From Dehalococcoidia bacterium (lineage in GTDB: Bacteria; Chloroflexota; Dehalococcoidia; Lucifugimonadales; UBA1123), in NCBI GenBank assembly GCA_034420555.1, contig DAOULF010000060.1:58-64057 (forward strand): 64,000 nt of DNA. Reading direction: 5' to 3'. The notes beneath the pieces are model-generated. The model did not search any database, was not told where the DNA came from, and worked only from the letters and a program-made list of their open reading frames with translations. The position numbers were made by a program, and so were the translations under genes. Positions 15,521 to 23,955 of the stretch are shown piece after piece. The first letter of the stretch is position 1; every line of letters begins with the position of its first letter.

Positions 15521-18358
15521 ATGTCTCAACCCGCATACCGTAAGAAACTCATTGAAGTTGACCTACCCCTCGACGACATAAACCGCGAATCCGCCCGAGA
15601 AAAGTCCATCCGCCACGGACACCCCTCCACTCTCCACCTCTGGTGGGCGCGACGCCCTCTAGCCGCCTGCCGCGCCGTCATATTCGCCAGCATGGTGGAC
15701 GACCCGTCATCCTGTCCCGACGAATTCCCAGACGAAGAATCGCAGCGGGTGGAGCGTGAACGACTCCATGACATGATCAGAGAACTCGTCAAGTGGGAAA
15801 GCACGGACGAGAGCAAGCCCGATGTGCGTAAACTCATCGCCGACGCGCGGTACGAAGTAGCCCGCTCCGTAGCCCGCTCGCGAAACGAGACGCCGCCCGA
15901 CAAAGACAGTTCCGCCACGGTCCTCGCCTACCTGAACGACAAGGCGCTGCCCATCTACGATCCCTTCGCAGGTGGCGGCTCGATACCGCTGGAAGCCCAG
16001 CGCCTCGGACTACGCGCCGTAGCATCGGACCTCAACCCTGTCGCCGTTCTCATTAACAAGGCTCTTATCGAACTCCCGCCCAAGTTCAATAACCAACCCC
16101 CCGTAAACCCCGACGCCGACCCGATGGGTATGTTCACTGGCAAGCACGTTGGCAGGGGAAAGAACAGAAAACCCGAACAGGTAGCGTGGCGCGGAGCCGC
16201 CGGACTCGCCGACGACATCCGCTACTACGGACGCTGGATGCGAAAGAAAGCACTCGAGCGAATAGGTAACCTCTACCCAAAGGCCAAACTGCCCGACGGT
16301 GGGGAAGCCACCGTGATTGCATGGCTGTGGGCGCGGACTGTTCCGTGTCCTAATCCTGCCTGCGGTATTCAGATGCCCTTGATACGAACGTTTCAAGCCT
16401 CAAGGAAAGCAAGCAATCAGCACTGGATAAAGCCAGTAGTATGCCGCGAGACCAATCAAATATCATTCGCTGTCCAGAACCACAGTAAGGGAGTGCCAGA
16501 AAATGGGACTGTGAATCGCAACGGTGCAATTTGTATTGCTTGTGAGACAACTGCTCCGCTTTCGTATGTACGTGAACAGTCCAGAGCCGGGAAAATGAGT
16601 GAACGTATGACGGCCATAGTAGCAGAGGGAGATCGCAAACGACTGTTCCTCTCTCCCAATGACGAACATACCCAGATGGCAATGGACGCCAAACCTGATT
16701 GGCGTCCAAACGGGAGACTGCCTGAGCGAGCATTAGGCTTTAGAGTACAAAGATATGGATTTACTAACTGGCATCAGCTATTCACTGAACGCCAGTTAAC
16801 GGCACTGACTGCTTTTAGCGATCTAGTGCTGGAGGTTCACAAACAGATTATACGGGATGGATCAAGCAACGAATATGCGGACACTGTCTCTACTTATCTG
16901 TCTCTTGCTATTGGGAAAATGGCGGACTATTGTTCTAATTTGTCGTCATGGATCTTGCCGAGTGAAAACGTGAGAAACGTTTTCACTCGGCAAGCAATCC
17001 CAATGATATGGGACTTCGCTGAAGCTAATCCCTTCTCAAATTTGGCACAGAACCAACGATCTCGTGTAGAGCAAATTGCCGAGACCGTTGAGCGTCTTCC
17101 TGTCAATGTGTCAGGTGGTCAGGTATATCAAGCTGACGCCACAACAACTATATATGCTAAAGGAGGGCCTGTAATTGTCACTGATCCTCCTTACTATGAC
17201 AACATCGCTTATGCTGACCTCTCCGATTTCTTCTACGCTTGGCTCCGCCCTCTGCTTCGTGATATGTATCCGCAGTTGTTGTCAGGTATAGCGACACCAA
17301 AAAACGAGGAGATGATAGCCGCGTCTCGCTTTGATGATCCAAGAGAACGTTTTGAAGATTTGATGAGTAAAGCATTGAAGCTAATACGGGAACGGTGTTC
17401 GCCTGAATTTCCATCTTCTATATTCTACGCATATAAACAGCAAGAGCATCAAAAGGGAGGCACAGCTTCGACTGGCTGGGAAACAATGCTGGCTGCGTTG
17501 ATTAATGCTGGTTTTCAGATAATAGGAACTTGGCCCATGCGTACGGAACGGCAAGGCCGACTCCGTGAGATTGGTTCTAACGCCCTCGCGTCCTCAGTTG
17601 TCTTAGTCTGCCGCCCCCGATCCGAAAACGCCCCCACTGCCACCCGCCGCGAGTTCTTAAACGCTCTTCAGAGCGAACTGTCCGCCGCGCTCGACCACCT
17701 TACCCGCGAAAGCCACATCGCGCCCACCGATCTCGCCCAAGCCGCCATCGGCCCGGGCATGGAAATCTACTCACGATACAGTTCGGTCAACACTCTGAGT
17801 GGTGAACCTGTCACCGTCCGCGAGGCCCTCGTCGCCATCAATCAGGCCATCGAGAACTACTTTGAGACCCAGGAGGGAGAGATAGACTCCGCAAGCCGCT
17901 TCTGCGTCAACTGGCTCAAGGAACACGGCTACACTGAGGGCGATTACGGCGAGGCGGAGGTCCTCTCACAAGCGATGAACGTCGCCATTGAATCCGACTC
18001 CATAGGCGGCCTTCTTACCGCTGAGGCGGGCAGAGTGAAACTCCGCCGCATAGACGAATACGGCAATCCCGATAGGCCCCTCTCCACTGGCATGACTGCT
18101 TGGGAAGGCTGCATGAGAATGGCCTACCACCTCAACCGCGAGTATGGTGAGGGAATAGCCGGCGCCGCCAACGTCGCTCGCCAGATGTCTGGCGTAGGCG
18201 CGGATGTGGACTCCGTAGAACGCCTCGGCCGCATCCTCTACAACCACTACGACCGCAACAACGACTCACCTAACGCTGTCATATTCAACAACCTTGTGAC
18301 AAGTTGGCAGGACATCCTCACCCAGATGCAGGAAGCGCAGAGCGAAAGGCTGTTGTAA
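15521..18358 (+). CDS. DUF1156-domain DNA methyltransferase with zinc ribbon (N6-adenine/N4-cytosine, DPPY type)
   Basis: 945 aa from ATG 15521. The N-terminal DUF1156 signature is KLIEVDLPLDDINRESAREKSIRHGHPSTLHLWWARRPLAACRAVIFA. The SAM motif is IYDPFAGGGSIPLEA, the Cys pairs are CPNPAC...CIAC, and the catalytic motif is VIVTDPPYYDNIAYADLSDFFYAWL. Confidence 0.85.
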   Translation: MSQPAYRKKLIEVDLPLDDINRESAREKSIRHGHPSTLHLWWARRPLAACRAVIFASMVDDPSSCPDEFPDEESQRVERERLHDMIRELVKWESTDESKPDVRKLIADARYEVARSVARSRNETPPDKDSSATVLAYLNDKALPIYDPFAGGGSIPLEAQRLGLRAVASDLNPVAVLINKALIELPPKFNNQPPVNPDADPMGMFTGKHVGRGKNRKPEQVAWRGAAGLADDIRYYGRWMRKKALERIGNLYPKAKLPDGGEATVIAWLWARTVPCPNPACGIQMPLIRTFQASRKASNQHWIKPVVCRETNQISFAVQNHSKGVPENGTVNRNGAICIACETTAPLSYVREQSRAGKMSERMTAIVAEGDRKRLFLSPNDEHTQMAMDAKPDWRPNGRLPERALGFRVQRYGFTNWHQLFTERQLTALTAFSDLVLEVHKQIIRDGSSNEYADTVSTYLSLAIGKMADYCSNLSSWILPSENVRNVFTRQAIPMIWDFAEANPFSNLAQNQRSRVEQIAETVERLPVNVSGGQVYQADATTTIYAKGGPVIVTDPPYYDNIAYADLSDFFYAWLRPLLRDMYPQLLSGIATPKNEEMIAASRFDDPRERFEDLMSKALKLIRERCSPEFPSSIFYAYKQQEHQKGGTASTGWETMLAALINAGFQIIGTWPMRTERQGRLREIGSNALASSVVLVCRPRSENAPTATRREFLNALQSELSAALDHLTRESHIAPTDLAQAAIGPGMEIYSRYSSVNTLSGEPVTVREALVAINQAIENYFETQEGEIDSASRFCVNWLKEHGYTEGDYGEAEVLSQAMNVAIESDSIGGLLTAEAGRVKLRRIDEYGNPDRPLSTGMTAWEGCMRMAYHLNREYGEGIAGAANVARQMSGVGADVDSVERLGRILYNHYDRNNDSPNAVIFNNLVTSWQDILTQMQEAQSERLL

Positions 18359-18370
18359 GCGGACAGTTGA

Positions 18371-18415
18371 GGCTTCACCCCCATCCTAACCTTCCCCCAT
18401 CAAGGGCGAAGGGAC
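18371..18415 (+). repeat. REP-like hairpin element (short form of the 1391-1500 family)
   Basis: ggcttcacccccatcctaaccttcccccatcaagggcgaagggac lies between the methyltransferase stop and the GIY-YIG start. Confidence 0.7.
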
Positions 18416-18417
18416 TA

Positions 18418-18783
18418 ATGCGAACAGGTGGACAGTTGAACACATTCACCCTCAAATACCAGCTTGAGAGGGACATGCGCCCGTTCCATCGCGCGCAGGT
18501 CCAAAGCCTGCCCCGCGACAGGCGCGGAGTCTATGCGCTCTGGCTCCCATCCGGAGACATCCCCGAATGTCTCTACGTCGGCATATCAACCACCTGCATA
18601 CGCCGCCGCCTGCTGGACCACCTCTCCAACGAAACCAACCCCGAACTGCGTCGGCAGTTGTATATGTTCAGCGAGACCGTCCGCTTCTCCACCGCGTTCA
18701 CGGACGGTGACGAGCAGACGCGCGAACTGGAGGCGGCGCTGGTGTCGGACTGGCAGCCCTTGTGCAATGTTCTTCTGCGATGA
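18418..18783 (+). CDS. Stand-alone GIY-YIG nuclease-domain protein (121 aa)
   Basis: From ATG 18418: RRGVYALW (GIY), CLYVGIS (YIG), the conserved Arg cluster IRRRLLDH, and a distal TRELEAALVSDWQPLCN (Glu...Asn) follow the GIY-YIG catalytic layout. The upstream part of the tracked ORF (18304-18417) only translates the REP element. Confidence 0.65.
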   Translation: MRTGGQLNTFTLKYQLERDMRPFHRAQVQSLPRDRRGVYALWLPSGDIPECLYVGISTTCIRRRLLDHLSNETNPELRRQLYMFSETVRFSTAFTDGDEQTRELEAALVSDWQPLCNVLLR

Positions 18784-18799
18784 TTGGTGACCTGCCGCG

Positions 18800-20230
18800 C
18801 TACATGACCTTGTGGCCGGAAGGCGCGTAGGCTGCGAGGTCTGGGTTCCCGGCCAGGAAGTTGGCCCTGCCTTTCGGACGCTGCATTATGCCGTTTTCGA
18901 CGATTATCTCGCCGCGCTGCATGGTCATAACCGGCTGTCCGGTCACCTGCTTGCCCTCGAACATGGTGAAGTCGGCTAGGCAGTGCTGCGCCTCCGCGGA
19001 CAGCGTGTGCTCCACCGACGGGTCGAACAGAACGATGTCCGCGTCGGCGCCCGGGTCCAGCGAACCCTTCTGCGGGTAGATGCCGAATATCTTGGCCGGG
19101 TTCTCGCACATGACCTGAACAAGGCGGGGCAGTGTCAGGCGGCCCATGTTCACGCCCTCCTGGTAGGCCACGCAGAGCATCTGCTCCGCCCAGTTGCCGC
19201 CGAAGGTGGCGTCGAATATCGAGTGTATCTCGTCCGGGTCGGTCTCGCCGTCGTAGGACGCCTTCTGGGACTTCTTGTGACCGCAGAAGTCGCTCGCTAT
19301 CGTGTCTATCAGGTGGGAGGACAGGCCGCGCCACATTGCTTCGTTGTCCTCGCGCTCGCGCAGGGGAGGGCCTATCTTGGCGAGCGCGCCGAAGTCGAGC
19401 ATCTTCTGGTTGGTGAGGTCCAGGTACTGCGGGCAGGTCTCGCCGAACAGGTACATATCCTCCCCTCGGAAGCGCTCCAGGACGGGTATCATCTCCCTCG
19501 CGGACAGGTGGACTATGTAGAGCGGGCAGTCGGTCACCTGGGCGTATGTGGCGGCGCGGTTGGCGGCCTCGATTTCGAGAACGCGCGGTTGGGAGGGCGC
19601 GTAGTGCTCCCGGCCGGTGTTGCCTTCCTCGATTGCCTTGTCCACCAGGTAGTCAATGCAGTAGCCGTTCTCTGCATGGACCATCGCTATGCCGCCGCGC
19701 TCAGACGCCAACTCCATCGCCTTGAGCATCCGGTCGTCCGGCATCATCATGCCGCGCCGGGGGTAGGTCATGTACATCTTGAAGGAGATGACGCCCATGT
19801 CCATCATCTCCGGCACCTGATCCTCCACGTCGTCGTCTCCCAGCAGGATCGCGTGGATCGCGTAGTCGAGATACGAGGTCTCGGCGGCCTCCTCCTTGAA
19901 CTCGCGTATCATGTCCGAAACGGTACCCTCCACGCCCTCGCGCCGCCTGTTCGCTATGAACGGGATGACAGTGGTTATCCCGCCGAACGCCGCGCTGAGC
20001 GAGAACGTCTCTATCCTGTCCGCATAGACGGGGTGGTTGTGGGCGTCCACGATGCCGGGCATGACGTAGAGGCCGGCCGCGTCAATTATGCGTCCGGCGT
20101 CGGAGTCCCTGTACCGGCCGTCGTCCGCCCGAATCCTGCCGTCTTTGACGATGATGTCCTCGCGGGTTATCCCGTTTCCACGCACTACCAGGCCGCCCCG
20201 AATGATGTAGTCTGCGTTCCGGTCGCTCAT
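18800..20230 (-). CDS. Dihydropyrimidinase / D-hydantoinase family cyclic amidohydrolase
   Basis: 476 aa. Motifs are YIIRGGLVVRGNG...IDAAGLYVMPGIVDAHNHP (HxH), SFKMYMTY (carboxylated-Lys region) and ADIVLFDP, typical of hydantoinases. Confidence 0.8.
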   Translation of the reverse strand: MSDRNADYIIRGGLVVRGNGITREDIIVKDGRIRADDGRYRDSDAGRIIDAAGLYVMPGIVDAHNHPVYADRIETFSLSAAFGGITTVIPFIANRRREGVEGTVSDMIREFKEEAAETSYLDYAIHAILLGDDDVEDQVPEMMDMGVISFKMYMTYPRRGMMMPDDRMLKAMELASERGGIAMVHAENGYCIDYLVDKAIEEGNTGREHYAPSQPRVLEIEAANRAATYAQVTDCPLYIVHLSAREMIPVLERFRGEDMYLFGETCPQYLDLTNQKMLDFGALAKIGPPLREREDNEAMWRGLSSHLIDTIASDFCGHKKSQKASYDGETDPDEIHSIFDATFGGNWAEQMLCVAYQEGVNMGRLTLPRLVQVMCENPAKIFGIYPQKGSLDPGADADIVLFDPSVEHTLSAEAQHCLADFTMFEGKQVTGQPVMTMQRGEIIVENGIMQRPKGRANFLAGNPDLAAYAPSGHKVM

Positions 20231-20287
20231 GTGACGCTCCTCGGTGTTGATGCTTAGTGATTATCTCAAAACCCAACCGGATGGAAT

Positions 20288-20409
20288 TTCACCCTCACCT
20301 CAATCCTCTCCCTCAAGGGAGAGGAGGCCCTCCTAGTACCGCGTCCATATTTTTCTGACGTGTAGAAACCAGCCCCTCACCCCTGGATTCCCGCGAAAGC
20401 GGGAATGAC
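20288..20409 (+). repeat. Two adjacent REP-like hairpins (CCCTCTCCC/GGGAGAGG type and GGATTCCCGC/GCGGGAATGAC type)
   Basis: The two elements are ttcaccctcacctcaatcctctccctcaagggagaggaggccctcc (20288-20335) and cccctcacccctggattcccgcgaaagcgggaatgac (20373-20409). Confidence 0.7.
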
Positions 20410-20604
20410 GGTTAGCACCTGGAGTATGGCAAAATCAGATGGTTCTGGCACTAGTCTTGCCGCTCATTTCCCGCGATTGATTTTGAGATAGTTTCTTAGT
20501 CGTAATCATATCCTCATGCTGTCCTGTGTCAAGCCGATTCGGACGAGCCAAAGCGTGGTAGAATGTCCTCCGGCTACACTGGCTGTAATTCAGGGAGGTG
20601 ACTT

Positions 20605-21408
20605 ATGGCAGGAGCGAGACTGACGGTGGGCAACGTGGAGATGGTTTCGGTATCGGACGGGCAGGGCGACATGAACCCGACGGAGGCGTTTCCGGCCAGC
20701 GACATGGAGATCTGGCGGTCGGAGTATTCCGACCTGCTGGACGACGCTGGGCTGATCCATCCGCGCTTCGGGTCGTTCGTAGTCAGCTCGGGCGGCAAAC
20801 TGGTTCTGGTTGACACCGGCCTGGGAGGGCCTGACGCCACTCTGCTGAGCGAGTTGGAGTCCGCGGGAGTGGACCGAGAGGGGATTGACCTGGTTGTTCT
20901 TACGCACATACATCCCGACCATGTGGGCTGGAACCTGTCGGACGGCAGTCCGACTTTCCCGAACGCTCGCTACCTGGTGACCAGGACCGACTGGGACCAC
21001 TGGACTCAGCCTGAAGTCCGGGCGCAGGCGCCGCATGTTGACGAGCAGATGCTTCCGCTCGAAAATCTGAACGTCCTCGATCTCATCGAAGGCGAGTACA
21101 GCGTCACCGACGAACTGACCACGCTTCTGACTCCGGGCCACACGCCCGGTCACATCTCGATAGTGGTGTCGTCAGGCGGGGAGAGCGCCTTCATACTGGG
21201 CGACGTGGCGCACTCGCCGGCCCAGGCGCAGTACACCGACTGGAGTCCCGTGTTCGACACCGATCCCGACCTCGCGCGAGAGACCAGGCACGCTATATTG
21301 GACAAACTCGAAGGCGAGGGTACGGTGGTGGCATCGGGACACTTCCCGGACCCGGGATACGGACGATTCGTGCGGTCGGGTGACCGCCGCGTCTGGCAGC
21401 CGGAGTAG
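20605..21408 (+). CDS. MBL-fold metallo-hydrolase (lactonase-like)
   Basis: 267 aa. It has the HxHxDH motif VVLTHIHPDHVGW and downstream TPGHTPGH and GDVAH metal ligands. Confidence 0.8.
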   Translation: MAGARLTVGNVEMVSVSDGQGDMNPTEAFPASDMEIWRSEYSDLLDDAGLIHPRFGSFVVSSGGKLVLVDTGLGGPDATLLSELESAGVDREGIDLVVLTHIHPDHVGWNLSDGSPTFPNARYLVTRTDWDHWTQPEVRAQAPHVDEQMLPLENLNVLDLIEGEYSVTDELTTLLTPGHTPGHISIVVSSGGESAFILGDVAHSPAQAQYTDWSPVFDTDPDLARETRHAILDKLEGEGTVVASGHFPDPGYGRFVRSGDRRVWQPE

Positions 21409-21414
21409 GAGCGA

Positions 21415-21858
21415 ATGCCGCGCGATAAGCTGACCGATGATGAGACGCGGTTCGTTAAGCGAGCGCGGGTAGCGAGGCTTGGAACCGCGTCGGATGAGCG
21501 GCAGCCGAACGTCGTACCGGTCTGCTTCGAGTTGCTCGACGGGCGCATCTACATCGGCCTCGACTCCAAGCCAAAGTCGGTAGCGCATCTCAAATTGCGG
21601 CGCGTCAGGAATATACTTGCGAATCCAAGAGTGTCGTTCCTTGTGGACAGGTATGACGAGGACTGGGGCAGACTGGGCTACGTGATGATCACGGCCAGCG
21701 CGACTCTGGACTTGCGGGAAGCCGAGCGGAGCCGCGCGATTGTCGCGCTGAGGTCCAAGTACCCGCAATACCTGCGGCTGCTGCCCGACGACGCTCCGGT
21801 CATTCGGATTACCCCTTTGCGGGTGTCATCCTGGGGGAATATGGATGAAGACGACTAG
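21415..21858 (+). CDS. PPOX-class (pyridoxamine 5'-phosphate oxidase fold) probable F420-dependent enzyme
   Basis: 147 aa. ARVARLGTASDERQPNVVPVCFELLDGRIYIGLDSKPKS...LRRVRNILANPRVSFLVDRYDEDW resembles the F420-binding PPOX subfamily. Confidence 0.7.
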   Translation: MPRDKLTDDETRFVKRARVARLGTASDERQPNVVPVCFELLDGRIYIGLDSKPKSVAHLKLRRVRNILANPRVSFLVDRYDEDWGRLGYVMITASATLDLREAERSRAIVALRSKYPQYLRLLPDDAPVIRITPLRVSSWGNMDEDD

Positions 21859-21879
21859 CGAACCTGGACTTCCTGGGGC

Positions 21880-22536
21880 GTGATGCGCAACGCTGTCAGG
21901 ATAGCTCTTATCGGGGCGGTCGCTGTTCTGGCTCTCGCCTGGTGGTCCTGTGGAAGCGGGCAGGACTCTTTCGACGCGGATTCGGTCCTCGAAATGGACA
22001 GGGGGGTCCGACTGCTCGAGGACGGCCACTTCGAACAGGCATACGGGGTATTCGATTCGGTAGTCCGTGAAGAGCCGCGCAACGCGGAGGCGTACGCGCG
22101 CCGGGGATTCGCCCAGCTCGCTTTAGGCGGTATCCCAGGCGGACTCGCGGACATCAACAGGGCTTTGGAGATCAATCCCGACTACGCGCTAGCCCACAAC
22201 TACAAGGGCGTCGTGTTTGCCATGAGCGGCATCCGGGACCAGGCGATCCTGGAGTTCACTCGCGCGGTCGAACTGGCGCCCGGCCTTACGGAAGCATACG
22301 TGAATCGTGGGAAGATCTACCTGGAAATGTCGGATGGAGAGTCCGCTCTCGCGGACCTGGACAGCGCGCTGGAGCTCGAACCGGAGAGCGCCGAGTTGCT
22401 GCTGATTCGCGCCCAGACGCACCTGATTCTTGGAGATACCGGCAGGGCCGAGGCGGACCTGGAGCGCGTCCTGTCGCTGCCGGTTGACGAAGCGACACTT
22501 GCGGCGGCCAGACAGATTCTTTCCAGAATTCGATAG
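21880..22536 (+). CDS. Secreted/lipid-anchored TPR-repeat protein
   Basis: N-terminal hydrophobic signal ending WWSCGSG, followed by about 5 TPR units (AEAYARRGFAQLALG..., ALAHNYKGVVFAMSG..., TEAYVNRGKIYLEMS...). Confidence 0.75.
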   Translation: MMRNAVRIALIGAVAVLALAWWSCGSGQDSFDADSVLEMDRGVRLLEDGHFEQAYGVFDSVVREEPRNAEAYARRGFAQLALGGIPGGLADINRALEINPDYALAHNYKGVVFAMSGIRDQAILEFTRAVELAPGLTEAYVNRGKIYLEMSDGESALADLDSALELEPESAELLLIRAQTHLILGDTGRAEADLERVLSLPVDEATLAAARQILSRIR

Positions 22537-22544
22537 GGGTACAG

Positions 22545-23777
22545 TTGTCAGGTAACCGGCTAAAGACGTTGCTCCCATTCGACGCGGGCGCCGGACTGGG
22601 CCGGATCGGCTGGCTGGTCGCCATGTGCGCGATGCTTCTGACGGCGCTGCTGCCGTTTTCCAGCTATGTCGCCGCCCTGCCGATCATCCAGGGCGAATGG
22701 GGAATCGGCAACGCCAGCGCGGGAGTCATATTCTCCGCCTACCTCGCCGGGTACGCGCTTTCGGCGCTGCTCGTTCTGCCGCTCACCGACAGGCTGCCCA
22801 CCAGGTGGGTCTTCCTTACCTCCGCGCTGGTGACAGTCGTGGGGAACCTCCTGTTTCCGATTGCCGCGTTCGAGCCGGTGGTGGCGACCGCGCTCAGATT
22901 TCTTGCGGGCATCGGACTGGTGGGCATATACATGCCCGGCCTGCGGATAATCTCGCAGGAGTTTCCGGGTTCGAGTCGCGGTGCGGCGATGGGGTTGTAT
23001 GTCACCGCCTTCTACACCGCGAACGCCCTGTCCCTGCTGGCTACGGGCGCTCTTATGAACCATCTCGACTGGCGGACGGCTTATCTCGTCCTGTCTCTCG
23101 CCTCCATAGCGACTATCCCTATGGTCTTGCTGCTGGTCAGAAGCGCGCACGACCCGGAGTCCGGTTCCGGCGGCAGGCTCCAGCTCGGCGTTCTCTCGGA
23201 CCCGCGTCCTCGCAAGTACATCATCGGCTACTCGCTGCACGCGATGGAGCTGTACGCGGTGAGAGTGTGGCTTCCCGCGCTGCTGGCGGCGGCGCTTGTG
23301 TACAGGGGGACGGACGTGGAGAGGGCGGCGGTTACCGCCGCGACGGTCGGGGGCATCGCGCTGGGCGTGGGATCCGTCGGCCCGGTCATGGGCGGCGCGA
23401 TCTCAGACCGATTTGGACGGGCCGCCAGCGCGGGCGGAATTTTCATACTGAGCGGAGTTTGCAGCCTGGCCATCGGGTGGGTCATAGCCGCTCCCTGGGC
23501 GCTGATCGTCGCGCTGGCCTGCATATTGGGCTGGGCGATTTCAGCCGACTCCTCCATATACTCGACTGCGCTGACCGAGACCGCGCCTCCCGGCAGACTG
23601 GGCTCCACGATGGCCGTCCAGGCGTTTCTCGGATTCATGGGTGGAACGCTCGGCCCGGTGTTCATAGGAGGCATCCTGGACGTCTTCGAGGGCAGGCTGG
23701 CATGGGGCGTGGGCTTTACGGGAATCGCCCTGTTGTCGGTCGTGGCCGTGTGGTTTCTGGCGAGTGGCGACGACTGA
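22545..23777 (+). CDS. MFS transporter
   Basis: 410 aa with about 12 hydrophobic segments and an MFS loop motif (PLTDRLPTRWV). Confidence 0.8.
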   Translation: MSGNRLKTLLPFDAGAGLGRIGWLVAMCAMLLTALLPFSSYVAALPIIQGEWGIGNASAGVIFSAYLAGYALSALLVLPLTDRLPTRWVFLTSALVTVVGNLLFPIAAFEPVVATALRFLAGIGLVGIYMPGLRIISQEFPGSSRGAAMGLYVTAFYTANALSLLATGALMNHLDWRTAYLVLSLASIATIPMVLLLVRSAHDPESGSGGRLQLGVLSDPRPRKYIIGYSLHAMELYAVRVWLPALLAAALVYRGTDVERAAVTAATVGGIALGVGSVGPVMGGAISDRFGRAASAGGIFILSGVCSLAIGWVIAAPWALIVALACILGWAISADSSIYSTALTETAPPGRLGSTMAVQAFLGFMGGTLGPVFIGGILDVFEGRLAWGVGFTGIALLSVVAVWFLASGDD

Positions 23778-23805
23778 CAATCCGTAACTTACAGTCACTT
23801 TCAAA

Positions 23806-23832
23806 GTGGATTCCCGTTTTCACGGGAATGAC
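23806..23832 (+). repeat. REP-like hairpin (GGATTCCCG-ttttc-ACGGGAATGAC type)
   Basis: gtggattcccgttttcacgggaatgac lies directly after the MFS stop. Confidence 0.65.
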
Positions 23833-23955
23833 AGGACGAGAACGAAAGACCATGGAATGCTCGGCCTTCCTCGCCTATCTGAAATGTGTTCGTGTATGTA
23901 GAATGTATTGTGAGGAATTGCACGGATACTTGGAGAAACTTCAGGCGGCTGCGAA

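Noticed and set aside
18304-18417. N-terminal 38 codons of the tracked ORF 18304-18783
   Set aside because: It overlaps the methyltransferase 3' end and then reads through the REP hairpin (…LHPHPNLPPSRAKGL). ATG 18418 immediately after the repeat is a more credible start for the GIY-YIG protein.
18573-20257. ORFs 18983-20257 (+, 424 aa) and 18573-19334 (-, 253 aa, Arg/Gly/Pro-rich)
   Set aside because: They are alternative-frame or antisense shadows of the hydantoinase gene (18800-20230, -), which has clear amidohydrolase motifs.
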